Shown here piece by piece: positions 1 to 8,981 of a stretch of DNA of 64,000 nucleotides. The notes below the pieces were generated by a model, which saw nothing but the letters and a program-made list of their open reading frames with translations, did not search any database and was not told the DNA's origin. Within the stretch, counting starts at the first letter, position 1, and each line of letters begins with the position of its first letter. The stretch lies in contig CAVSGG010000008.1 of assembly GCA_963727455.1 (NCBI GenBank), positions 288,001-352,000 on the forward strand. Direction: 5' to 3'. Position numbers and translations under genes: made by a program. This stretch comes from Candidatus Krumholzibacteriota bacterium (lineage in GTDB: Bacteria > Krumholzibacteriota > Krumholzibacteriia > JAJRXK01).

Positions 1-931
1 CAGCATGGTGAGCCGGGAGAGCGGCTTTCTGTTCAACAATCTCATCCTCCTGGCGGCTACCTTCAGCGTGCTCTTCGGAACGATCTTTCCCATTCTGAGC
101 GAACTCTTCACCGGCACCAACGTCACCGTGGGACCGTCCTACTTCAATTTCATCGAAGTGCCGATCGGTCTCTTGCTGCTCTTTCTCATCGGCGCGGGGC
201 CTCTCCTCGCCTACCGCAGGACGAGTGGGAAAAGCCTGCGCAAAAATTTCACGATGCCCGTGGTGCTGGGCGTGGTTTCCGCCCCCGTCTTCTTTCTCTT
301 GGGAGTGCGCGGATTCTGGCCCATGCTCTCGCTGGTGCTCTGTACCTTCGTGACGCTGACCATCGTGCAGGAGTTCCACAAGGGCGTGAGCGCGCGACAG
401 AAGACGATTCACGAGAATTATTTCACGGCCCTGCTCAATCTCACCCGGCGCAACAATCGCCGCTATGGCGGCTACATCGTTCACTTCGCCATGGTGCTGG
501 TGTTCTTGGGGGCCACCGGTTCGGCCTTCGTGAAGGAGGGCCAGGGCGTGATCGGCGAGGGGGAGAGCTTCAAAGTCGGCAACTATGACATCCACCTGAA
601 CGAGATCCGAGAATCGGAAGCCAACCCCAACTACTGGTCCGGCATTCTCGCCATGGACGTCACGCGGGGTGGAAATCAGGTGGCAAAGGTGTTCCCCGAG
701 AAACGCTTCTATTATGCGAGCGAACAGCCCACCAGCGAGGTAGCGATCCACCAGTCGACGCGAGAGGATCTCTACCTCGTGTTCGCGGGCCTCAATGAGG
801 ACCAGACCAAGGCCATCGTGCAGGCCTACGTCAACCCGCTGGTGATGTGGCTGTGGACGGGCGCCATCATCATGGTGCTGGGCACTTTGATTTGCCTCTT
901 GCCACCTCTGAAGGGACGGTCCGCGGCATGA
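1..931 (+). CDS. ccmF: Cytochrome c biogenesis heme lyase CcmF, C-terminal part (5' end outside window)
   Basis: Motifs SRE..FLFNN, GTIFP, VGPSYFN, RRYGGYIVH, PEKRFY, SEVAI, EDLY, VNPLVMWLW; lies upstream of ccmABCD. Confidence 0.93.
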   Translation, partial: SMVSRESGFLFNNLILLAATFSVLFGTIFPILSELFTGTNVTVGPSYFNFIEVPIGLLLLFLIGAGPLLAYRRTSGKSLRKNFTMPVVLGVVSAPVFFLLGVRGFWPMLSLVLCTFVTLTIVQEFHKGVSARQKTIHENYFTALLNLTRRNNRRYGGYIVHFAMVLVFLGATGSAFVKEGQGVIGEGESFKVGNYDIHLNEIRESEANPNYWSGILAMDVTRGGNQVAKVFPEKRFYYASEQPTSEVAIHQSTREDLYLVFAGLNEDQTKAIVQAYVNPLVMWLWTGAIIMVLGTLICLLPPLKGRSAA

Positions 932-1347
932 CGGAGCTTCTGCTGGTCCTCCTCGCGGCAGTGTCTGTCGCCTTCTGCTTCCGTCCCTTCATGCGGGGAG
1001 ATCTCCATCAGTTGGCGATGAGCCAGAACGATACGCCCATCGGGAGATTGAACCAGCGCAAGGAGACCTTGCTGCAGAACATCGCCGATCTCGATTTCGA
1101 GTACAACATGGGCAAGCTCTCCGATGAGGACTATGAGACCCTGCGCGGAAATTTGAAGCGGCAGGCGATGGAGACTCTCGAGCAAATTGATCTCTTGCGC
1201 GAAAGCAATTCCATGATCGCGCCGAAGGACGCGCCAAAGCCCAGGGCAGTACCTAGCGCGTCGTTCTGCTCGCAGTGTGGAGCGTCGCTGGGTTCAAAGG
1301 ACCGTTTCTGCCCCGCTTGCGGTGCCAGAGTGTCCGGACTTCGATAA
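928..1347 (+). CDS. Membrane-anchored protein with CcmI-like N-terminus and C-terminal zinc ribbon
   Basis: ATGA overlap with ccmF stop; N-terminal TM helix; 'IADLDFEYNMGKLSDEDY' helix; CSQC...CPAC. Confidence 0.75.
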   Translation: MTELLLVLLAAVSVAFCFRPFMRGDLHQLAMSQNDTPIGRLNQRKETLLQNIADLDFEYNMGKLSDEDYETLRGNLKRQAMETLEQIDLLRESNSMIAPKDAPKPRAVPSASFCSQCGASLGSKDRFCPACGARVSGLR

Positions 1348-1360
1348 AAAGGACATAGGT

Positions 1361-2296
1361 GTGAGTTTCCCCAAGCTCGTTCTCATCCTCTTCGCATTCT
1401 GCCTCTTGTCGACATCCACGCAGACCGCGGTAGCAGGCGACGTCCAGATCTCCTTCTATCGCGCGACACTGCAGCGTGACGGTGAGCAACTGGTGGTGAA
1501 AGAAGCCTACTCCTTCACCAATTCCTCGGATCGAGAACTTACCCCCGCGGGTGGGGAGTTACGCTTCGAGTTGCCCTACGAGATCGTGGGCCAGGTAGCC
1601 GCGGTCGTGAGTTCCGAAGCGGGACGCCGTCAATTGGATCTGCCTCCCTCCAGTGAGGATCCGTCCGTCCGCCTCCTCACGACGAAGCTAGCTCCCGGGC
1701 GTACCTCGGTGACCCTCAGCTATTCTGCGCAATACCCGGGTAAGCTGGACTTCAGTCCGAGCTTTCCCTATCCGGTGGCCTCTCTGAGCATCTTCGTTCA
1801 GCCCATGGACATGCTGGTGGAGGGAAACGGAGCCAAACGGGAGAACGGTTCGGTCATGGCGGGGTTCGCCACCTACACCCTTCCCCCACTCTCTCAGAAG
1901 GCCCAGATTCACCTGGCAGTGAGCGGGGGCAGCGCCACTCCACCTCCCACGGCGGAGGCTCCTCCCTCGGTCAAGCCTCCCACCGAAGAGGAGAAGTGGA
2001 AGGTGATGATCAAGCCGAATCGATTCGGCGAGGCCCATGCGCGTATTTTGATCTTTCTTGCCTTCGGCGCGATTCTGGGTCTGGGTTTGCTCTACGCGAT
2101 CTCTTCGGACGACGACCATGGAGGCGAGAAGAGCGCGACCTCGAAACGTCAGGGGGAACTCCTGCGTCTCGAGGATCGCTACATCAGCGGCAATCTGAGC
2201 CGCGAGGATTTTGTTCAGCAACGAGAACGCCTGATCCAGCGCCGTTCCCACAAGACCAAGGGTTCCAAAGGACGCAAGCCGGTGGGAAAGGCCTGA
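1361..2296 (+). CDS. Exported/membrane protein in ccm operon (signal peptide, C-terminal TM, SHOCT-like tail)
   Basis: GTG after AAGGA; hydrophobic signal; TM 'ILIFLAFGAILGLGLLY'; 'LEDRYISGNLSREDF'. Confidence 0.65.
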   Translation: MSFPKLVLILFAFCLLSTSTQTAVAGDVQISFYRATLQRDGEQLVVKEAYSFTNSSDRELTPAGGELRFELPYEIVGQVAAVVSSEAGRRQLDLPPSSEDPSVRLLTTKLAPGRTSVTLSYSAQYPGKLDFSPSFPYPVASLSIFVQPMDMLVEGNGAKRENGSVMAGFATYTLPPLSQKAQIHLAVSGGSATPPPTAEAPPSVKPPTEEEKWKVMIKPNRFGEAHARILIFLAFGAILGLGLLYAISSDDDHGGEKSATSKRQGELLRLEDRYISGNLSREDFVQQRERLIQRRSHKTKGSKGRKPVGKA

Positions 2297-2297
2297 G

Positions 2298-3011
2298 GTG
2301 AACTTCGTCCTGCAAGCGCGCGGTTTGTCCCGACGCTACGGGCGTTCCTGGGCTCTCCAGAAGGTCGATCTGGATCTTTCCTCCGGGGAGTCCGTGGCCC
2401 TTCTGGGCGCGAACGGCGCGGGAAAATCGACACTGCTCACGCTCTTAGCCACACTGCACCGGCCCACGGAAGGCCAGCTCAGCATCTTCGAACTCGATCC
2501 TCGCAAACACTCCGAGAGGATTCGGCGCCGTATCGGCTACGTTGCCCACGCGACTCTGCTCGACGACGCACTGAGCGCGAGAGAAAATCTACTCTACTAT
2601 GGCGCGCTCTTCGGCTTGGCACAAATCGGGTCCCTCGCCGACGAAGCCTTGGCAGAAGTCGAGCTGGATCACCGGGCCCACGACCGGGTGGGAGGATTCA
2701 GCCGCGGTATGCGACAAAGGCTCAGCTTGGCCCGAGCTCTCCTGCACGACCCCGATCTGCTCATCCTCGACGAGCCCTTCACCGGTCTCGATGCGGCCGG
2801 TTGCCGCGATTTGGCGGAACGTCTGCGTCAGGAAAAACAAAAAGGACGGGCAATCATTCTCGCCACGCACCAGCTCGAGCGCGTCTTGAGCTGGAGCGAT
2901 CGCGCGCTCATCCTGCATCGCGGGCGCAAAGTGGAGGAATCCGAGGCCACGCGGCATGACGCAGCTGGATGGGCCGTTCACCTCTCGGAAATCGCAGAAG
3001 CGCGAGCATGA
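2298..3011 (+). CDS. ccmA: Heme ABC exporter ATP-binding protein CcmA
   Basis: Walker A GANGAGKS, FSRGMRQR, LILDEPFTGLD; operon context. Confidence 0.9.
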   Translation: MNFVLQARGLSRRYGRSWALQKVDLDLSSGESVALLGANGAGKSTLLTLLATLHRPTEGQLSIFELDPRKHSERIRRRIGYVAHATLLDDALSARENLLYYGALFGLAQIGSLADEALAEVELDHRAHDRVGGFSRGMRQRLSLARALLHDPDLLILDEPFTGLDAAGCRDLAERLRQEKQKGRAIILATHQLERVLSWSDRALILHRGRKVEESEATRHDAAGWAVHLSEIAEARA

Positions 3012-3688
3012 GAGTGTTCTTGGAAGTGACCGGCGCGGTATTTCGCCGCGACCTCTCGGCCGAGTGGCGCCAGAAGGACGTACTGACTACCGTCATCATG
3101 TTCGGGCTCTTAACCGTGGTGACTTTCGTCTTCGCGTTCGATCCGGCGCGCCACGCGCGCGAAGACGTGGTGCCCGGTTGTCTTTGGACCGCCTACCTCT
3201 TCGCGGGAATGCTGGGTTTGGGTCGCAGCGCCGCGCGCGACTCACAGGACGGAGGAACGATCGGACTTCTTTTGAGCCCGGCCGACCGCGGCGCCGTCTA
3301 TTTGGGCAAGTTCCTTTCCCACACCCTGTTCATGGCTGCGGGCGAAGCGGTGGTCCTGCTCTTCTCGGTGGTGTGGTTCGATCTGGATCAACGCCATCTC
3401 ACGCCCTGGTTCTTCCTCGTCCTGCTTTTGGGAACACTGGGCTTCGTGGCGGTCGGGACCGTGTTCGCGGTGGTATCGCAAAAAAGTCGCTTGCGAGAGG
3501 TGATGCTTCCGGTCTTGCTTCTTCCAATCCTTGCCCCCATGGTCATGGCGGCGGTGGAAGCAACCACCATCATCCTGACTCCCGGCGGGAACGAGGGCCT
3601 GAGCGAATGGCTTAGGCTCCTCGGCGGCTTCGACTTCATTTTCGTCGTCGCGGGCTTTCTGCTGTACGGCTTCGTTTTGGAGGAATGA
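3008..3688 (+). CDS. ccmB: Heme exporter permease CcmB
   Basis: Multiple TM helices, 'RRDLSAEWR', 'YLGK', 'LPVLLLP'; ATGA overlap with ccmA. Confidence 0.9.
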   Translation: MRVFLEVTGAVFRRDLSAEWRQKDVLTTVIMFGLLTVVTFVFAFDPARHAREDVVPGCLWTAYLFAGMLGLGRSAARDSQDGGTIGLLLSPADRGAVYLGKFLSHTLFMAAGEAVVLLFSVVWFDLDQRHLTPWFFLVLLLGTLGFVAVGTVFAVVSQKSRLREVMLPVLLLPILAPMVMAAVEATTIILTPGGNEGLSEWLRLLGGFDFIFVVAGFLLYGFVLEE

Positions 3689-3689
3689 G

Positions 3690-4370
3690 ATGCGCGCGAT
3701 CGATCGAGTACTCCTGGTGTTGAATGCCATCGCCATGACGACTCTGTGCTACCTGGTCTTTCTCTACATTCCGCTGGAGAAGACCCAGGGTTACGTGCAG
3801 AAAATCTTCTTCATCCACGTGCCCTGTGCCTGGGTGGGATTCTTGGCGTTTACCATCACCGCGATCATGGGGGGCCGCTATCTCGCAACGCGCAATCCCG
3901 ACCATGACCGCTGGGCCGCCGCCTCGGCCGAAGTCGGGCTGATGTTCACCACTCTGGTCCTCATCACCGGCCCCATGTGGGCCAGACCGGTCTGGGGAAT
4001 CTGGTGGACCTGGGATGTCAGACTCACCAGCACTCTGGTGCTCTGGTTGATCTACCTCGCCTACCTCATACTCCGGCAGACCGTATCGGAACGCGATCGC
4101 CGCAGCGTTCTCGCCTCGGTGACCGGAATCATCGGTTGGCTTGGAGTGCCCATCGTCTATTTGGCGAATCGCGTGAAGGCGAGTCAGCATCCCGCGCCCG
4201 TCATCGGAGGCGGCGCAAAGAGTGGACTTGCTCCCATTTTTCTCCTCACCTTGCTGGTGGGAGTGGCGACTCTCACCATCTTCTACATCATCCTGTTGCG
4301 GGCGCGTGTTCGCGGAATTCAGCTGGAAGATGAAATCGAAGAACTCGTGATCGCCGGAGGTTTGGACTGA
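3690..4370 (+). CDS. ccmC: Heme exporter/chaperone CcmC
   Basis: IHVP and WWD motif 'TGPMWARPVWGIWWTWDVRLT'. Confidence 0.95.
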   Translation: MRAIDRVLLVLNAIAMTTLCYLVFLYIPLEKTQGYVQKIFFIHVPCAWVGFLAFTITAIMGGRYLATRNPDHDRWAAASAEVGLMFTTLVLITGPMWARPVWGIWWTWDVRLTSTLVLWLIYLAYLILRQTVSERDRRSVLASVTGIIGWLGVPIVYLANRVKASQHPAPVIGGGAKSGLAPIFLLTLLVGVATLTIFYIILLRARVRGIQLEDEIEELVIAGGLD

Positions 4371-4513
4371 TGCCGCACAATTTCTGGTGGGTGTTTTCCG
4401 CCTACAGCATCGTATGGCTCGCCGTCATTCTGTTTTTGGCCAGGCTCTTCGGCCGGCAGCGCAACTGTGAGCGTCAGTTGGACGCACTCAAGAAAGAGCG
4501 CGGGTCCCACTAG
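4370..4513 (+). CDS. ccmD: Heme exporter protein CcmD (47 aa, absent from ORF track)
   Basis: MPHNFWWVFSAYSIVWLAVILFLARLFGRQRNCERQLDALKKERGSH: AY motif, one TM helix, charged tail; TGATG coupling to ccmC. Confidence 0.8.
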   Translation: MPHNFWWVFSAYSIVWLAVILFLARLFGRQRNCERQLDALKKERGSH

Positions 4514-4791
4514 TACTTGACGGTGATCGGCTCTTTGTCGACGACGAGTTGACAACCGAGGCGGGCCAGTGTGCCGTCCTCGCCGATTTCCGCCAGAGTG
4601 TCGGCCTCGACGAAACCGGGCGCTTCGAGACTCTCCAGGCCACTCACCACGCGCAGTACGCAGGTGCCGCAGGTGCCGGCACGGCAGCCAAAGGGCAGGC
4701 CACTTCCCGCCCGCTGCGCAGCGAGCTGGACGGTGGATCCGGCTTCGACCTCCACCGAGATATCATCATTGACGAATGTGACCTGAGGCAT
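4510..4791 (-). CDS. 2Fe-2S ferredoxin
   Basis: GCRAGTCGTC ... RLGCQ. Confidence 0.9.
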   Translation of the reverse strand: MPQVTFVNDDISVEVEAGSTVQLAAQRAGSGLPFGCRAGTCGTCVLRVVSGLESLEAPGFVEADTLAEIGEDGTLARLGCQLVVDKEPITVKY

Positions 4792-5000
4792 GGTCCGGCT
4801 CCGTTTCCACCGGGAAGCGAGTTTTCGAGCGTTTCGCGCGAGTAAGCGGCCAGCCTAGCGGAAGCGCGCCGAGGCGGCAAGAATGACCCATTCTTGCCAG
4901 CCCTGAGGCGCTCTGCTAGCTTGGCCGAGCGCAATCCTACCGGTTGATCGCACGAAATCTCCGTTTTGCACGATTCGTACCCAAAGCTCGGCGGACCACC

Positions 5001-5837
5001 ATGCACTTGACCCTCGGACATAGCCCCGATCCCGACGACGCCTTCATGTTCTGGGCCCTCGCCCACGACAAGATCCCCACTGGCGAGTACACATTCGAGC
5101 ACATTCTACAGGACATTCAGACCCTGAATGAGCGCGCGATGCGAGGCGAGCTGCACATCACCGCCATCTCCATTCACGCCTATGCCTACGTCTTGGATAA
5201 ATACGCGCTCCTGCCTACTGGAAGCAGCATGGGGGACGACTATGGCCCCATGGTGGTGACGCGCAAGGACAGCGGGCTTACCCTGTCCGATCTCAAGGGG
5301 ACCAAGATCGCGATCCCAGGCACGATGACCACCGCATATCTGGCGTTGCGCTTGATTCTCGATTCGGACTTCGACTACGAGCTCGTCCCCTTCGACGAGA
5401 TCATTCCGCGCGTCGCCGACGGTAGCTTCGAGGCCGGCCTCATCATTCACGAGGGTCAACTGAGCTATCCCAACCAGGGACTGAAACTGCTCATCGACAC
5501 CGGAAAGTGGTGGAAGCAGGAGACGGGTCTTCCTCTGCCCCTGGGTGGCAACGCCATCCGCAAGGACCTGGGCGAAGAGCGAATGCGCGAGATCAATCGC
5601 GTACTGCTGCGCAGCATCCGGCACGGGCTCGAGCATCGCAAAGAAGCCCTGGACTACGCAATGCAGTACGCGCGCGACATGGAACTGGATTCGGCCGACG
5701 AGTTCGTGGGCATGTACGTCAACGACTACACTCTCGATTACGGTGAGAAAGGCCGTGAGGCCGTGCGCCTCCTGCTCGATCGCGGAGCGGAAGCGGGAAT
5801 ACTCCCCAAGGTGGACAAACTCCAATTCGTGAGCTGA
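5001..5837 (+). CDS. mqnD: 1,4-dihydroxy-6-naphthoate synthase (futalosine menaquinone pathway)
   Basis: GHSPDPDDAFMF, DIQTLN, YGP, IIHEGQL, LPLPLG, MYVN. Confidence 0.9.
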   Translation: MHLTLGHSPDPDDAFMFWALAHDKIPTGEYTFEHILQDIQTLNERAMRGELHITAISIHAYAYVLDKYALLPTGSSMGDDYGPMVVTRKDSGLTLSDLKGTKIAIPGTMTTAYLALRLILDSDFDYELVPFDEIIPRVADGSFEAGLIIHEGQLSYPNQGLKLLIDTGKWWKQETGLPLPLGGNAIRKDLGEERMREINRVLLRSIRHGLEHRKEALDYAMQYARDMELDSADEFVGMYVNDYTLDYGEKGREAVRLLLDRGAEAGILPKVDKLQFVS

Positions 5838-5843
5838 ACGGGC

Positions 5844-6812
5844 ATGTCCTTCCACTTCTTTTCGAGCGGTGAACTGGCGCGTTGCGAATGCTGCCCGAGG
5901 AACTGTCGTGTCGACCGGACCCAGGGCGAACGAGGCGTGTGCGGGATTGGAGCGTCAACGCAGGTAGCCCACCACGGCTTGCACTTCGGCGAAGAACCGC
6001 CGATCTCGGGACGACGGGGCTCGGGCGCAGTCTTCTTCAGCGGCTGCAACCTCCACTGTGTCTTCTGTCAGAACCATCAAATCAGTCAAGCTTCGCTCGC
6101 GAAGAGGTCGCGCTCTTACTCGAACGAGGAGCTGGCCGAGCTCATGCTCGAGCTAGAATCCGAGGGGGCGCACAACCTCAATCTCGTCTCTCCCTCACAC
6201 GTCATTTTTCAGATTGCAGATGCAATAGAAATTGCGCGCGATCGAGGACTGCGCATTCCCATCGTGTACAACAGCGGGGGCTACGACTCCGTCGCGGCAT
6301 TGCGGCGAATCGCCGGGCTCATCGAGATCTATCTTCCGGACTTGAAGTACGCGAGTTCGACATTGGCGAAGGCGTTCTCCAAGGCGCCAGACTACCCTCG
6401 AGTGGCCAGAGCCGCGATTGGCGAGATGTTCGCGCAGGTGGGTGGGCTTCGTTGCGACCGTGAGGGGATCGCGCGCAGCGGACTCTTGGTCCGCCATTTG
6501 GTGCTACCCGGTCAGCTCGAGAATTCCAAACGTTGCCTGCGTTTTCTCGCCGAGCTCTCCTCTGAGATCCCTCTGAGCATCATGTCGCAGTACACCCCAC
6601 GGGAGGGTGCGGACTCCAGTTTGGGCCTGGAGCGCGGCGTGAGCGCGGCGGAATACGAGGAGATCACCGAGACCGCACTCGAGCTGGGGCTGACGAATGC
6701 CTTCGTTCAGGAGCTTTCGTCCCAGGGGAACTACCTGCCAGATTTCGAACGCAAGAATCCCTTCGGGCCCAAGACCGGTTCAGAAGTAAAAGTAGAGCCC
6801 ACCTTGGGGTAG
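5844..6812 (+). CDS. Radical SAM protein, PflX-like family
   Basis: CPRNCRVDR, HFGEEPPISG, CNLHCVFCQN, YLPDLKY, LLVRHLVLPG, MSQYTP. Confidence 0.85.
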   Translation: MSFHFFSSGELARCECCPRNCRVDRTQGERGVCGIGASTQVAHHGLHFGEEPPISGRRGSGAVFFSGCNLHCVFCQNHQISQASLAKRSRSYSNEELAELMLELESEGAHNLNLVSPSHVIFQIADAIEIARDRGLRIPIVYNSGGYDSVAALRRIAGLIEIYLPDLKYASSTLAKAFSKAPDYPRVARAAIGEMFAQVGGLRCDREGIARSGLLVRHLVLPGQLENSKRCLRFLAELSSEIPLSIMSQYTPREGADSSLGLERGVSAAEYEEITETALELGLTNAFVQELSSQGNYLPDFERKNPFGPKTGSEVKVEPTLG

Positions 6813-7289
6813 CGGCAGAATGTCGTCGTGAGAGCGGCGGTAAACAAAGCCCAGGTCCGCTTTCAAGGCCAAACGCGGCATCAACAGGTACTCGACGCCG
6901 ACCCCGATGGAGGCGTTCCAGTGCTGGTCTCCCTCCGCCCCACCCTCTCCATCGTGAATGATGGCCAGGGCCGGTCCCGCGTAGAGCCGAACTCTTCCTT
7001 CCTGACGCAGAACGAGATGCAGCTCGGCACCCAAATTCCAGTCCGTGCTCTTGTCCTTGCGCCAGATACCTCCAGTCACCGACATCATGGTCTGCGGAAG
7101 AAACGGCCAGCGCACCGACAGCCCGCTGCCGGTGGCCCAACCGGCCTGGAGGCCGATGGCCGCGATGTAGGGATCGCCGGCCTGATTCCAATCATAGTAG
7201 CTCTGCGCCCGCGCCGGCGTTATCGCCAGCAGAAGCCAGAGGCTTCCTGCGAGCAGCGCCTTGCCGCCCTTGCCAAACCGATCACTCAT
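6780..7289 (-). CDS. Small outer-membrane beta-barrel protein
   Basis: Signal peptide ending ARA, alternating beta strands, C-terminal YFYF; GGAG RBS. Confidence 0.65.
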   Translation of the reverse strand: MSDRFGKGGKALLAGSLWLLLAITPARAQSYYDWNQAGDPYIAAIGLQAGWATGSGLSVRWPFLPQTMMSVTGGIWRKDKSTDWNLGAELHLVLRQEGRVRLYAGPALAIIHDGEGGAEGDQHWNASIGVGVEYLLMPRLALKADLGFVYRRSHDDILPLPQGGLYFYF

Positions 7290-7353
7290 GGAACGACTCC
7301 TGAACTCGCGTGTGGGTCGAAGGTCTTCGCATCTCTTTGACCCTAGGGGCAGG

Positions 7354-8325
7354 CTACCCGCGAGTCCCGTGTTCATCAACGAGGAATAAGCCGCGCGGAA
7401 CCGGCAGATCCGCGATGAGCGCTTGCTCTGGGACCGGGCCCGAGAGCGGGATTCGCCAGAGCTCACCGTCATCGGTGGTTGCCCATACCACGTCTTCATG
7501 CACCAACAGAGCCCGAATCACTCCGTGGAAGGGACCGGCCAGGGGTCGTCCCACCGTGGCGTCGCCGGCGAAATGCCAGAGGCTCATCCGGGATCCATCA
7601 GGACCGCGCCATGTTGCCGGTGGCCCCGGAGCGGCGGCGACCACGATGCCCTGCCGAGAGCCACTGGAACGCGCCAGTAAGGCCGCGAAAGCCGCGCGCG
7701 GGGGCAGGCTGAGGCGGTTGAGCTCGCCCGAAGCGGGGTCGAGAGTCCACACGCCGAGGCCGCTGGCCATGTAGAGCAAGGGTGGTGCGAAGAGGAGATC
7801 CCGCTGGTCTCGGGGAAGCTCTTGAGCGCGGTGAGTGCACCACTGTCCATCGCGGAAACAACACAACCCCCCCACGCTGATGCTCGCCCAAACCGTATCG
7901 CGATCGGCCCACAGCCCGCTCACGCGCGGCTCGTAGGGCGCTTCCAGACCCTGCCAGCGCTGGCTCGCGGCAAGTTCGGAGGGGAAAGCCAACACCCGCC
8001 AGCTCTCGTCCTGCCGCCAGCGCCAGACTTGTGGGGGACAGGTCCCTAGATAGAGACTCCCGTCCTGTGCCATGAACGCGCACTGTGGCTCGCTCTCGTC
8101 CAGCTCGAGTGGAGGGCCTTCCCTGAAGGCGCGCGCGTCGACGTCCCAAACGAGTAGCCTCCCGTCGGCACAGAGCGCCGCCAAATGTGCTGAGCTGCCG
8201 GCGAGGGCCACGACCGCATGCGCGGGAACGTCCACCGAGAGTTGTTCGCGCGAACTGGGGAGTGGAACGTCTAGTGGAACCTTCCACAGTCCTCGTTCGC
8301 TGGCCACCAAGAGAATATGGCTCAT
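7354..8325 (-). CDS. Beta-propeller (BNR/YCF48-like) protein
   Basis: Repeated blade motifs (SERGLW, LYLGT.P, ISVGGL, ASGLGVW, TDDGELW). Confidence 0.55.
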   Translation of the reverse strand: MSHILLVASERGLWKVPLDVPLPSSREQLSVDVPAHAVVALAGSSAHLAALCADGRLLVWDVDARAFREGPPLELDESEPQCAFMAQDGSLYLGTCPPQVWRWRQDESWRVLAFPSELAASQRWQGLEAPYEPRVSGLWADRDTVWASISVGGLCCFRDGQWCTHRAQELPRDQRDLLFAPPLLYMASGLGVWTLDPASGELNRLSLPPRAAFAALLARSSGSRQGIVVAAAPGPPATWRGPDGSRMSLWHFAGDATVGRPLAGPFHGVIRALLVHEDVVWATTDDGELWRIPLSGPVPEQALIADLPVPRGLFLVDEHGTRG

Positions 8326-8508
8326 CTTGAACTCTCTGGGGACAAGAGGTGCGCAGACGGGTTGTCGCGAGAGATCGCAGTTTAGCAGGAAGAAGCTGCT
8401 TTGAACACCGAACGCGCTCCTGGAGTTGCGAACTCTCACTTCCCAGCTTCCGTGTCATTGCCTATGATCCTACCCACTCGATCCAGCCGCGCGACGATTG
8501 GAGCACTC

Positions 8509-8952
8509 TTGGGAAAGCACAAACTTCTCACCATTGGATGGCGGGAGTACGTTGCTCTGCCCGAATGGAATCTGTTCAAGATCCGAGCGAAGATCGATAC
8601 CGGCGCGAGGTCTTGCGCTCTCGACGTACACCATCTTGAGTGCTTGGAGGGGGACCTCGTGCACTTCGAGATCGCGCTCTCGAGAAAAGACCGCACTCGG
8701 GTCCGTCGAGTCGAGGAGATGATCAGCCGTAGGAGCGTCGTGAAGTCCAGTCTGGGAGACACCCACGAGCGAATTTTCGTCAAGACTCCGCTGATTTTGG
8801 CCGGGGTCCGACAAATCGTCGAGGTGGGTCTCATTTCCCGGGAAGAGATGCGTTCGCGGATGCTCATTGGCAGGAATGCACTCCTGGACCGTTACTTGGT
8901 CGATCCCAGCGTGCGTTTTCTCTGGCCTCCAGAGTCGCGCCCCGACAGCTGA
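8509..8952 (+). CDS. RimB-like retropepsin-fold protease ('ATP-dependent zinc protease' family)
   Basis: IGWREYVALP, AKIDTGA, MLIGRNAL, YLVDPS; directly upstream of rimK. Start uncertain (TTG after GGAG). Confidence 0.85.
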   Translation: MGKHKLLTIGWREYVALPEWNLFKIRAKIDTGARSCALDVHHLECLEGDLVHFEIALSRKDRTRVRRVEEMISRRSVVKSSLGDTHERIFVKTPLILAGVRQIVEVGLISREEMRSRMLIGRNALLDRYLVDPSVRFLWPPESRPDS

Positions 8953-8981
8953 GAGAAGTTCCCCGAGTCGAAACGACGAAG

